From the NCBI GenBank assembly GCA_016210485.1, contig JACQUD010000074.1:12590-76589 (forward strand): a DNA stretch of 64,000 bases. Reading direction: 5' to 3'. This document shows, in pieces, positions 1 to 8,797 of this stretch (its first letter is position 1; every line of letters starts with the position of its first letter). This stretch comes from Chloroflexota bacterium. GTDB taxonomy: Bacteria; Chloroflexota; Dehalococcoidia; JACQUD01. The position numbers were made by a program, and so were the translations under genes. Under the pieces are notes generated by a model, which saw nothing but the letters and a program-made list of their open reading frames with translations, did not search any database and was not told where the DNA came from.

Positions 1-487
1 CGCGCACTTTCTCGCAGTCTCTAGCCTCTCGAACAGCGTCCTTATCTCCACTGCGGACTCTTTTCTCCAGACGATTGATCTTGTTTTCCAGTGTAACGCT
101 ATCGGCGGCAACTAGCTCCAGGTCTAACGTCTCAACATCCCGCACCGGGTCTATCGTACTGTGTCCAAAGGGAGCTCCTTCATCCTCAAAACAGCGCACA
201 ACGTGGAGCAGCGCTTCCACATCTTTGATGTTGCCCAGCAAGCGAGAGCGCCGAGTGCTATCTTCCGCTGCGATGCCTGGGATATCAATCACCTCTAGCG
301 TGGCTGGCACTATCTTGCGCGGGTGGTACATCTCCACTAGCCGATCCATTCGTTCATCTGGCACATTCACCACTACCCGGTTCATCTCGGATCCACCGTA
401 CATCGATGCTCTCGCTGCCGTAATAGCATTGAAAATAGTCGTCTTCCCACAGGAAGGCAGCCCTATAAGCCCGCAACGCAGACTCAT
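1..487 (-). CDS. ychF: Ribosome-binding ATPase YchF (Obg-like P-loop family), N-terminal part; 3' end lies beyond the window edge
   Basis: Not in the ORF track because it runs off the window. My minus-strand translation from ATG at 487 reads MSLRCGLIGLPSCGKTTIFNAITAARASMYGGSEMNRVVVNVPDERMDRLVEMYHPRKIVPATLEVIDIPGI... This shows a P-loop GxxxxGKT and the YchF-typical VPD.R...L/K.VPA..E..DI.G layout. Confidence 0.85.
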   Translation of the reverse strand, partial: MSLRCGLIGLPSCGKTTIFNAITAARASMYGGSEMNRVVVNVPDERMDRLVEMYHPRKIVPATLEVIDIPGIAAEDSTRRSRLLGNIKDVEALLHVVRCFEDEGAPFGHSTIDPVRDVETLDLELVAADSVTLENKINRLEKRVRSGDKDAVREARDCEKVR

Positions 488-660
488 ATTTGTCCATCCT
501 TTTGGCGCAGGCATACGCCAGCATGCTACTAGCCGTTCCTTTCGCTCTGACAGCCCCGAAGGTGAAGCGCCATCAGCTAGTGCTTGTTATCAATCTGTTA
601 GCAAAATCCAAAGGGAAAAACTCCCCAGGCCATCCTCGGAGGGTTTTTCGCATCTATTTT

Positions 661-735
<75 letters not shown>

Positions 736-1050
736 AAGAATTACAAAGCACTAAGCGAAAACCTCTTACTTCTGCCCGGATGCTGAGGACAGACTTGGAG
801 GTCAAATAGCTTTCTCTTCAATTTATTACTTTCAGTCTATCCTGTCAAGAGGATATACGCTATTAGTACCTTGGCCTGGGTTCTGACGGAGGAGATGGAC
901 GATAACCTTATACCTCGTGAATTAATTCAGCGGTAGTGGCTTCTAAAGGCCATAAGTGATAAATTATTAAGCAGCCTTAGAAATAGAGGCCCAATAGAGG
1001 CCCAAAGGGATTCCCTATAGCTCCAGCCACGAAGAAAAAAGGAGGGCAAG

Positions 1051-1989
1051 ATGAAAACGTGGGTCTCTGGCTCTGTCACCCTTCTGCTCCTCGCCCTGGC
1101 CGCCTGCGGAACCGCAGAACCGACACCCACACTCTCCCCTAAGTCCTCAGCAACTCCTACAACCATCCCCAGGCCAACACTTACTCCCCTGCCGCCCTCC
1201 GGCCTCCTCGCCTTTACCTCCTATCGGGACGGCAATGCCGAGATTTACCGGATGAACGCCGATGGCACAGATCTGAGGAACCTCACCAACGACCTGGCCA
1301 CTGACCTCGACCCCGCCTGGTCCCCCGACGGCAGCTCCATCGCCTTCACCTCCTATCGGAACGGCAACTGGGAGATTTACCGAATGAGGGCCGACGGCAC
1401 TGGCCTGACCCGCCTCACCAGCGACCTGGCCACTGACTCCGACCCCACCTGGTCCCCCAACGGCCATTCTATCGCCTTCACCTCCGAGCGGGATGGCAAC
1501 GCCGAGATTTACCGTATGAACGCCGATGGCACAGGCCAGGCCCGCCTCACCACTAACCCGGCCGATGACGGGCTTCCCACCTGGTCCCCAGACGGACGCT
1601 ACATCGCCTTCGTCTCCAACCGGGACGGCAACGCCGAGATTTACCGTATGAACGCCGACGGCACTGGCCTGACCCGCCTCACCACCATCCCGGGCAAGGA
1701 CTGGTGGCCCGCCTGGTCCCCAGACGGACGCTACATCGCCTTCGCTTCCGAGCGGGATGGCAACGCTGAGATTTACCTGATGAACGCCGACGGCACAGGC
1801 CTGACCCGCCTTACCAGCGACCCGAGCAAGGACTGGTGGCCCGCCTGGTCCCCAGACGGACGCTACATCGCCTTCGCTTCCGAACGAGACAGCAACTGGG
1901 AAATTTACCTGATGAACGCCGACGGCACTGGCCTGACCCGCCTCACCACCAACCGGGACGAGGACGAGACCCCAGCTTGGGGACCGTAG
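1051..1989 (+). CDS. Lipoprotein with six TolB-like (PD40/WD40-like) beta-propeller blades
   Basis: RBS aaaaaaggaggg lies upstream. The signal peptide carries a lipobox (LLLLALAAC) followed by a PT-rich linker. A 44-aa blade is repeated six times: AF.S.RDGN.EIY.MNADGTGLTRLT......P.WSPDG..I. Confidence 0.85.
   Translation: MKTWVSGSVTLLLLALAACGTAEPTPTLSPKSSATPTTIPRPTLTPLPPSGLLAFTSYRDGNAEIYRMNADGTDLRNLTNDLATDLDPAWSPDGSSIAFTSYRNGNWEIYRMRADGTGLTRLTSDLATDSDPTWSPNGHSIAFTSERDGNAEIYRMNADGTGQARLTTNPADDGLPTWSPDGRYIAFVSNRDGNAEIYRMNADGTGLTRLTTIPGKDWWPAWSPDGRYIAFASERDGNAEIYLMNADGTGLTRLTSDPSKDWWPAWSPDGRYIAFASERDSNWEIYLMNADGTGLTRLTTNRDEDETPAWGP
1210..1986 (+). repeat. Six tandem 132-bp (44-codon) units inside the propeller gene
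   Basis: The unit motif (D/N)G(N/S)(A/W)EIY recurs at 1228, 1360, 1492, 1624, 1756 and 1888, an exact 132-nt period. These are the coding repeats of the propeller blades. Confidence 0.9.
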
Positions 1990-2070
1990 ACGCATAGGGC
2001 ATGGAGATGAGGGGCAGCAGGATGAAATGAAGGCTGGGGTAGGCCGGGCAACCGGCCCAAGGAGGGCATC

Positions 2071-3462
2071 ATGAACACCAGGCGAGAGAGAGATTCTTTG
2101 GGCGAGAAGGACGTCCCCCAGGACGCCCTCTACGGCATCGAGACCTGCCGGGCCATAGAGAACTTCCCCATCAGCGGCCTCAAGCCTCACCCTTATCTGG
2201 TCCGGGCCACAGTTCTGGTGAAGAAGGCGGCGGCCCTGACCAACATGGAGCTGGGAGCCCTGGATGAGCGGCGGGGTAGGGCCATCGTCCAGGCAGCGGA
2301 CGAGGTGCTCTCAGGCCAGTGGCTCGACCAGTTCGTCGTTGACCCCTACCAATCAGGGGCCGGTGTCTCCCACCACATGAACACTAACGAGGTGCTGGCC
2401 AACCGAGCCATCGAGATTTTAGGCGGCAGGCGCGGCGATTATTCTGTCGTCCATCCTCACGACCACGTGAACCGCTCCCAGTCCACCAACGATGTCTTCC
2501 CCACCTCGGCCCGCCTGGCCTGCCGCACTCTTCTGGAGGAGCTTCTGCCTGTGATTAGAGATCTCTCCCTGGCCCTGGAGGGTAAGGCCCAGGAGTTCGA
2601 CGGCATCGTCAAGTCTGGGCGAACCCACTGGCAGGACGCCGTGCCCATTCGCCTGGGCCAGGAGTTCGCCGCCTATGCCGGCACCGTGGAGCGAAACCGC
2701 AGGCGCCTGGAGGCGGCGGGAGAGTCCCTCTTGGAGCTGAACCTGGGGGGGACGGCGGTGGGCACGGGCATCAACACCCATCCCCGCTACGCCCAGGAAG
2801 CAGTGAAGCGCCTTTCGGAGCTGTCGGGCCTGCCTCTGAGGCGAGCCCCCGATCCCATAGAGGCAACGCAGAACCAGGATGCCTTCCTCCATGTCTCCTC
2901 GGCTCTCAAAGTGCTGGCCATGGACCAGATAAAGATGAACAACGACCTCCTCTTCATGAGCTGTGGCCCAATGACAGGCATCGCCGAGGTGGAGCTGCCC
3001 CCCCTCCAGCCCGGCTCCTCTATCATGCCCGGCAAGGTCAATCCTGTGATGCTGGAGGTGCTCAACATGATCTGTTTCCAGGTGACGGGCAACGATGGGG
3101 CCATCGCTATGGCCACAGGGGCGGGGAATTTAGAGTTGAACGTCTATATGCCCCTCATGGCCCACAACCTGCTCATGTCTCTGAGCCTGCTCAAGAATGG
3201 CCTCCGTGTCTTCACCGAGCGCTGCGTCCGGGGCATCCGAGCCGATGAGACGCGCTGTCAGTATTATTTTGAGCGCAGCCCGGGGTTGGTGACGGCTCTG
3301 AGCCCCAGGATAGGCTATGAGGTGGCGGCGGAGATCGCCCGAGATGCCGTGGCCCAGGACAAGGGGGTTCGGGAGCTAGCCCTGGAGCGAGGCCTCATCA
3401 CCGAGAAGGAAGCCGATGAGTTGCTCTCTCCGAAGCGGCTGACCGGCCTGGGGCCTGGGTAG
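2071..3462 (+). CDS. aspA: Aspartate ammonia-lyase (class II fumarase/aspartase family)
   Basis: Family signature GSSIMPGKVNP is present. YGIETCRAIENFPISG, DQFVVDPYQSGAGVSHHMNTNEVLAN, SQSTNDVFPT and C-terminal LERGLITEKEADELL track my recollection of E. coli AspA more closely than FumC. Confidence 0.8.
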   Translation: MNTRRERDSLGEKDVPQDALYGIETCRAIENFPISGLKPHPYLVRATVLVKKAAALTNMELGALDERRGRAIVQAADEVLSGQWLDQFVVDPYQSGAGVSHHMNTNEVLANRAIEILGGRRGDYSVVHPHDHVNRSQSTNDVFPTSARLACRTLLEELLPVIRDLSLALEGKAQEFDGIVKSGRTHWQDAVPIRLGQEFAAYAGTVERNRRRLEAAGESLLELNLGGTAVGTGINTHPRYAQEAVKRLSELSGLPLRRAPDPIEATQNQDAFLHVSSALKVLAMDQIKMNNDLLFMSCGPMTGIAEVELPPLQPGSSIMPGKVNPVMLEVLNMICFQVTGNDGAIAMATGAGNLELNVYMPLMAHNLLMSLSLLKNGLRVFTERCVRGIRADETRCQYYFERSPGLVTALSPRIGYEVAAEIARDAVAQDKGVRELALERGLITEKEADELLSPKRLTGLGPG

Positions 3463-3543
3463 AGATTGACCGGCAGTGAGCCGGCGATATATGATAGCCT
3501 GGCATTTTCAGAGGTCTGCCTGGCCTGGAAAGGGGCGCTCGAA

Positions 3544-5274
3544 ATGAAGATGCGAACTTATTTCTGGATTATTCTTATTTTCATAGTCGTGGCGGTGTCG
3601 GCGGTTGCATGTAGCGCCAAGGCGACTCCTACGCCCACGCCGATGCCAGCGACTCCTACTCCGACCCCGGTCATAGCCACGCCCACACCACGGCCTGGGG
3701 AAACCCCCGTAGCCACGGCCATCCCTACTACGCCGACCAGCCCGGCGTTGCTTGATAAGGAGAAAGCTGTCCAAGTGTTGCTCGATAACGTGATCAAACC
3801 AGCATCATTAGACCACACAGTGATTGCCTTCACGTTAGACAACCTCTTGCCCGCGGGCACGAAGATAGCGCCGTATGCTCCCGACCCGCTTCCCTCCGGT
3901 GTTACCGCGCTGCCCTATCTGGTCCCGGAAACATTGAGCGTGCCGGTTTGGTTCTTCTGGGTGGATGACGCGCCCTTCGCCAAGTTTTCGCACCCCACTC
4001 GCTTCGTGTTCGTGGACGCCACGACTGGCGGGGTAAGGACCATGGCCCAGGGGTGGTGGCCCTACATTGACGGGCGCGAGGTGGAGCAATGGACCACGAC
4101 CCTGGAGCGCTGGAATCCTAAGAACTGGGCGTTCAACAACATACCCGCGGAAGAGTTGCCGAAATTGACTGCCAGCTCTCAGAATGGAGAACTAGCGCGT
4201 GGAGGACTTATTTTATTGCTCTTCGGATATCTGAATTGGTGGTCTACAGCCTATGCTGCTGTGCCCGCCGGCGAGGCGATGGTTGTGGTGCAAGGCTGGG
4301 CTCCCGGACATGGCACGAACGCAGACTTCACGGATGATGAGCAGGCGGCTGACAAGTTCGGTAAGGACTCCGGCACCCCGGTTTTCAAGCCGGCAGGGAA
4401 CACGCAGTGGTACATCGAGGAAGCTATAAGGAAGGCCAGAGACTCCGGGGCCAAGGACATCTTTTTCTACTGGACCGGCCACGGAGGTCGCACCGATGCC
4501 GGCGGCTCTTATCTGGATTTCCGGGGAACCCGGGTCTCTCCGGGCGACCTGGTGGAGACCTTCAAAAAATTCCCTGAGGTAAGCTTCAAGGTGGTCATAG
4601 ACAGCTGTTACAGCGGCGGCTTCGCGCCGACGTTGATTGACTCGGGGAAGGTGCTGGTATTCCTGTCGGCGGTTTCCGCTACCGAGGTCGCGTATGGTGA
4701 TTGGGACCCGCGGAAGGACCCCAATCCGGGCGATGTTGGAGGGGAGTTCTCCAGTGGACTTTGGGAGGACCTCCAGTTGATCCTCGCCTCCCCCGATTTG
4801 CAAAAGCAAATCAGAGCCGATTTCCTGGGCGTGCCTGAATTCGTCGGATGGCTTTTGGTGGCCAGCCAGTCAGCCCTGGACAAGGATGCTGCGACTCTCA
4901 CCGGTAATACTCATCCCGTGTTCAAGACTGGCGCTCCGCCGCTCATGCCCACTCCGACTCCCACAGCTACTCCTATTCCCACGCCAATCTCTACTCTAAC
5001 TCCTACTCCCACGCCCATCAACACCAGTCTGATCTTCTTCCATACCGTGCCGGGTTCATACAGCAACGTCTTCCTGGACGTCAAGGGGCCGGCGAACACT
5101 GTCGTGACCGTAACTTTGGCAGGGCCGTCAGTCGTTGCTCCCGTAACGCAGACCGGCACGATAGGCGCCGATGGCACACTTCGGGTCACGTGGACCATCT
5201 ATAGTTATGGGGTATACTCCGCCACCGGCACGGTCGGAGGACAATCTTTCACCGCTCAGGTGAACGTGAACTAG
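3544..5274 (+). CDS. Secreted or lipid-anchored caspase-fold cysteine peptidase-like protein (C13/C14-type His-Cys dyad) with PT-rich linkers
   Basis: The ORF opens at 3466, but MKMRTYFWIILIFIVVAVSAVAC (signal plus lipobox) starts at ATG 3544. The candidate catalytic dyad is FFYWTGHGG ... VVIDSCYSGGF. PT linkers lie at roughly 3640-3760 and 4940-5030, followed by a C-terminal beta-rich ~90-aa domain. Confidence 0.6.
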   Translation: MKMRTYFWIILIFIVVAVSAVACSAKATPTPTPMPATPTPTPVIATPTPRPGETPVATAIPTTPTSPALLDKEKAVQVLLDNVIKPASLDHTVIAFTLDNLLPAGTKIAPYAPDPLPSGVTALPYLVPETLSVPVWFFWVDDAPFAKFSHPTRFVFVDATTGGVRTMAQGWWPYIDGREVEQWTTTLERWNPKNWAFNNIPAEELPKLTASSQNGELARGGLILLLFGYLNWWSTAYAAVPAGEAMVVVQGWAPGHGTNADFTDDEQAADKFGKDSGTPVFKPAGNTQWYIEEAIRKARDSGAKDIFFYWTGHGGRTDAGGSYLDFRGTRVSPGDLVETFKKFPEVSFKVVIDSCYSGGFAPTLIDSGKVLVFLSAVSATEVAYGDWDPRKDPNPGDVGGEFSSGLWEDLQLILASPDLQKQIRADFLGVPEFVGWLLVASQSALDKDAATLTGNTHPVFKTGAPPLMPTPTPTATPIPTPISTLTPTPTPINTSLIFFHTVPGSYSNVFLDVKGPANTVVTVTLAGPSVVAPVTQTGTIGADGTLRVTWTIYSYGVYSATGTVGGQSFTAQVNVN

Positions 5275-5434
5275 GGGAGGCTGGTGCGCTGGTCCGCAAT
5301 GGCACGTGTCTTATTCTGCACGCCGCATCCTCGTTCCTTTGCTCCGAGCGCGGGGCCCGGTTCGAGACCGCTACAGAATCGCTGCCAATACAATAAACAA
5401 TAGCTCGCGGGACGAAATGGCGCTTCCGGTTATC

Positions 5435-6196
5435 TCAGATGACGCTGTCCATAGTCAATCCCAATTTCTCGTAAACCTCTGGCAAGTCCCACATCGTGAT
5501 TATGCCCAGCAGCTGCTCATCCTTCCTGCCATCCTGCGTGATGAGTATGGCCCCGAGCTTCTTGCCCTTCTTCTCATAGCTTCGCACGATGGAAACGACG
5601 TCGAACGGTGTCTTGTTCCTGCTCATAAAAACACAGTTGTCCGTGTCTTCAGCAAAAGGCAGCACCTTCTCAACTGGCACGTCCAGGTGAACGCCACCAG
5701 CATGACAATTGGCCAGCCAGTGGACTATGGCGTTGGTAGTCAGCAGAGCGCAGAAATCCCTGCCGGAGTAAACGGGGAACTGAGAGAAAGCGTACCTGTT
5801 GACATACTCCAGGGCGGTGGTCACGGGGTCCGTTGCGGATAATATGACCACCTTCCTTTGGAACATCGGGATGATCTTTGGGGCATCCACCAAGAAGGTT
5901 AGGACTCGCTCGATCTCTTCAATCACCTGGTTATTCGGCTCGGCGATGACGTGCCCGTCCGTGCTGTCGTGTATGATGGCGTTTCTCAGCTCAGAGAGGT
6001 CTGCGAGGGCATCGCGGACGCGCAAAACCAAGTGGTTGGACTCACTGGCCTCCCGGACCATGCGCATGAACGGGATCTCTCTGTCCACGTTCAGCACTTT
6101 TCTCAGGTGCTTATCTATCCTGTTGAAGGCACCCAGGAAACGCTCTGAGTTCGGGATCCTGTCAGAGTTGCCTGGAGTCTCTCCCCTTTGCATCAT
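5435..6196 (-). CDS. HEPN-like (R-x4-H) N-terminal domain fused to a tandem CBS pair
   Basis: The N-terminal ~100 aa contain LSELRNAIIHD, i.e. R-N-x3-H, the HEPN Rx4-6H motif with a polar residue after R. The C-terminal ~140 aa look like two CBS repeats (VVILSATDPVTTALEYVNRYAFSQFPVY ... GAILITQDGRKDEQLLGIITMWDL). Local G+C is lower: 52% on the one 60-nt line I counted. Confidence 0.55.
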   Translation of the reverse strand: MMQRGETPGNSDRIPNSERFLGAFNRIDKHLRKVLNVDREIPFMRMVREASESNHLVLRVRDALADLSELRNAIIHDSTDGHVIAEPNNQVIEEIERVLTFLVDAPKIIPMFQRKVVILSATDPVTTALEYVNRYAFSQFPVYSGRDFCALLTTNAIVHWLANCHAGGVHLDVPVEKVLPFAEDTDNCVFMSRNKTPFDVVSIVRSYEKKGKKLGAILITQDGRKDEQLLGIITMWDLPEVYEKLGLTMDSVI

Positions 6197-6442
6197 CGTC
6201 TCCTAGAAAACGGAGCTGGAATTACAGTAGGTAGAACCTTTGAACTGGCACCTTCAGTCTCTCGATTTAGCTCCGCCTCTGGTCAAGAATGATTGTAGCA
6301 GGAGAGGATTGCGGGCGCAACGGAGTGACAACATCAGCCTCATCGACATTTGTCTAGCCAGCCCCTGAACGAACTGGACAGCTCGCTCCGAACTCGCAAA
6401 CCACCTTATTCGTATGCTAAACTGGCCTGGAAAGGAGTGGCA

Positions 6443-7252
6443 ATGAGTTTCCCCCTGGCAGTCGATGGACGGCCCGCTCTGGAAGTGGCCCAGGAGGTGG
6501 CCCGGCAGGCCGGCCGCGTGATACTGAGACGCTTCCCAGGCCGAAAACAAATCTCCCACAAGGGCCGAGCCAACCTGGTTACCGATACCGATATGCAAGC
6601 CGAGAAAACTATCCTATCCCTTCTGAGACGACACTTTCCAAGCCATGCTATTCTCTCCGAGGAGACGGGCCAAGCCGCCGAGGGTTCGGAGTATCAGTGG
6701 GTGGTGGACCCTCTGGACGGCACCCGCAACTTCGCCTGGGGCATTCCCTTCTTCGCCACGTGCCTGGCCCTGGCCCGAGGAAATGAGGTTGTGCTGGGAG
6801 TGGTCTACGACCCGGTGCGACGGGAGCTTTTCTGGGCAGAGCGGGGGAAGGGGGCAGCCGTCAACGGCAAGCCTATGGCATTGTCGTCCCGAGCTAGCCT
6901 CGACCAGGCGGTGCTGGGCACTGACTCCGGATACGACGACGATAAGGCCAAGAGAGCCTTCCAGTTGGTAACCGACCTCTGGCCTGGAGTCCAGGCTGTC
7001 CGGCTGATGGGCTCGGCGGCCCTGGGGCTAACCTATGTGGCCTGCGGTCGCCTCGACCTCTATTTCCACCATACCCTCCAGCCCTGGGACCTGGCGGCGT
7101 CCCTACTGATGATAGAGGAGGCCGGGGGAAAGGTAACTCAGAAGGACGGCAGCCCGGCCAGCTATCGCAGCCCCGGCATCATCGCCGCCAACCCAGCCCT
7201 CCACGCCGCCTTCCTGGAGCGGGTACGAAACCACCCCTGGCAGCAGGCCTAG
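6443..7252 (+). CDS. Inositol monophosphatase family protein (SuhB/IMPase-like)
   Basis: Motifs WVVDPLDGTRNF, SEE(T)G and WDLAA are present. RBS aaaggag lies 5 nt upstream of ATG 6443. The ORF opens earlier, at 6350, without an RBS. Confidence 0.85.
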   Translation: MSFPLAVDGRPALEVAQEVARQAGRVILRRFPGRKQISHKGRANLVTDTDMQAEKTILSLLRRHFPSHAILSEETGQAAEGSEYQWVVDPLDGTRNFAWGIPFFATCLALARGNEVVLGVVYDPVRRELFWAERGKGAAVNGKPMALSSRASLDQAVLGTDSGYDDDKAKRAFQLVTDLWPGVQAVRLMGSAALGLTYVACGRLDLYFHHTLQPWDLAASLLMIEEAGGKVTQKDGSPASYRSPGIIAANPALHAAFLERVRNHPWQQA

Positions 7253-7261
7253 GCCCCGGCC

Positions 7262-7552
7262 CTACGGCTTAGGGACAGAGGTCACTTCACTCAGGAAGTA
7301 CACTTCGGGTTGCTCCACCACGCCAGCCTGCTGCATTGCTTGCCTCAGTTCGGCGGATTGAGTAAACTTGTGGGCTTTGTCCAGGCTCTCCCATTCGAGG
7401 ATTACCAATAGATTGTTGGGGTCACCTTCAACCTGGAAGATCTGGCCCGCCTTCTGGCCGCCGTCCCTGCGCAGGGTACGGGCGCCTTCGAAGACGGACT
7501 TCCACTTCTTATAGTCGGCTACCTTGTGACGCATGAACAAATAGGCCGCCAT
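7262..7552 (-). CDS. Small dimeric alpha+beta-barrel (ABM/Dabb-like) protein
   Basis: The 96-aa pattern ...V.DYKKWKSVF...R...G......F.VEGDPNNLLVILEWESLDKAHKF..S.EL...M..AGV..PEVYFL matches my recollection of ABM-clan proteins. The specific function is unknown. Confidence 0.5.
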   Translation of the reverse strand: MAAYLFMRHKVADYKKWKSVFEGARTLRRDGGQKAGQIFQVEGDPNNLLVILEWESLDKAHKFTQSAELRQAMQQAGVVEQPEVYFLSEVTSVPKP

Positions 7553-7625
7553 TTTGTCCTCCTTTACTGTTCAGGTGAGGCCTCGCCTGCGGCGAGGCCC
7601 CACCTATTGAACCCTAATGAAAGCG

Positions 7626-8588
7626 TTACTTGGGCAGGGCCAATTCCCACACCGCCTGGGCCCGGGCCGCCGGGAAGTGCACCAGGTGGCACTTGCCGCA
7701 GCTCTCTTGTCCTATCATCCCCAGCAGGCCGCCTATGGCCGCCGGGTCCGGTGCGGGGGCAGATAGAGCCTTCCCCAGGTCGGCGATGGCCCCCTTGACA
7801 TCGTCGCTGACAAAGTAGAGCCGAGGTGTGGTGTGGCAGGCGCTGCAGGCGCCGGCCATGGTGTTGAACATGACCTGGAAGCCCTGGAAGTTCTGCTGGG
7901 CCTTGTCCAGTTGCCCCTGCCCCAGGTCGTGCCCTATCCCATCGAAGGCGAAGGCCATGTCGAACATGAAGTCCACCCAGGCCTTCGTCTCATTGGTTAT
8001 GGGGTTAGTGACCTGGACGGCGCTGAAGGGGAACCAGTGGTATTTCTGCGCCACCTTCACCTGGTTCACCAGGTGGCACTCACCGCAGACCGCGCCCAGG
8101 GCCTCGAAGGCTGCGCCTATCTGAGCCGGGTCGCCAGTGGCCAGGGCCTGGCCGAAGGCGTCCACCGGGCCCTGGGGCAGTTTATCCTTCCACTCCGGCG
8201 GCGCCATATCTCTCGTCTTGGCATACTCTTCCTTGAACTTCTCGAAGCCCGCTGGGACATTGGCCATGTCCTGCTCCACCATGAGGTCTATGACCAGGCC
8301 TATCAGAGCGTTGCCCTGGGCGAACATCTGGAGCAGCCAGAGGGGCGCCGGGGCCTTGGGCGGATAGAGGTCATCCAGGGCGGCGGGCAATGGCCCAGCC
8401 AGCTCCCTCAGCCTGTCCACCTCCGCCTGGAGCTGGGACTTATCGGATTGAAGTCCTTGAACCTGGGACTGAAGTTGGGACTTCTGCGATTCCAAGGCGG
8501 TGACGGTGGGCTTCAGGTCTTCCCCTTTGCAGGCAGCCAGGACAACAAGAGATGTGATAATGAAGATGAGGCCGAGTAACTTTTTCAT
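7626..8588 (-). CDS. Tri-haem c-type cytochrome lipoprotein (three CxxCH; class II / cytochrome c'-like helical modules) with an N-terminal coiled coil
   Basis: The signal peptide carries a lipobox (LVVLAAC). A Q/S-rich heptad segment follows (LESQKSQLQSQVQGLQSDKSQLQAEVDRLRE). Three haem-binding motifs are present: CGECH, CSACH and CGKCH, each near the end of a ~90-aa helical block. Confidence 0.7.
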   Translation of the reverse strand: MKKLLGLIFIITSLVVLAACKGEDLKPTVTALESQKSQLQSQVQGLQSDKSQLQAEVDRLRELAGPLPAALDDLYPPKAPAPLWLLQMFAQGNALIGLVIDLMVEQDMANVPAGFEKFKEEYAKTRDMAPPEWKDKLPQGPVDAFGQALATGDPAQIGAAFEALGAVCGECHLVNQVKVAQKYHWFPFSAVQVTNPITNETKAWVDFMFDMAFAFDGIGHDLGQGQLDKAQQNFQGFQVMFNTMAGACSACHTTPRLYFVSDDVKGAIADLGKALSAPAPDPAAIGGLLGMIGQESCGKCHLVHFPAARAQAVWELALPK

Positions 8589-8797
8589 TGATATCTCCGA
8601 TCTTTTACTTATTCTTAATATCCCTTAAGAATAACTTGATGAGCATACGACAATTGATGAATCACTGTCATCACTAAAAGAAATGAACGCACGTCAACAA
8701 GTTATGTAAATGTTGGCGAGGCGCTTCCAGTAAAAGGTAGATAGACTTTTCCCTTCCCCTGTTCTTATAATGGGTTATCGCTTGAGGGAAATTTGAG

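Noticed and set aside
1210-1986. A 132-bp periodic DNA repeat that could be mistaken for a CRISPR-like or DGR-type variable array
   Set aside because: The period equals one 44-aa PD40/TolB beta-propeller blade, and all units lie in a single reading frame. There are no unique spacers, no reverse transcriptase, and no template/variable repeat pair.
1147-2190. Long antisense or alternative-frame ORFs across many genes, e.g. 1147-2190(-), 13587-14597(-), 22886-24127(+), 23907-25433(-), 33294-34217(-), 60408-61208(-)
   Set aside because: These are shadow ORFs typical of high-G+C DNA. Their translations are Gly/Arg/Pro/His-rich low-complexity sequence with no motifs. The opposite or alternate frame encodes a clearly recognisable protein (propeller, ABC, NuoL/M, IspH, Hsp70).
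8588-8797. Possible Moco riboswitch in the AT-rich 210-nt region upstream of the moaD-moaE fusion
   Set aside because: I could not recognise the conserved Moco-motif helices or loops by eye. The region looks like a divergent promoter spacer (tataat at 8766-8771). An Infernal scan would settle it.
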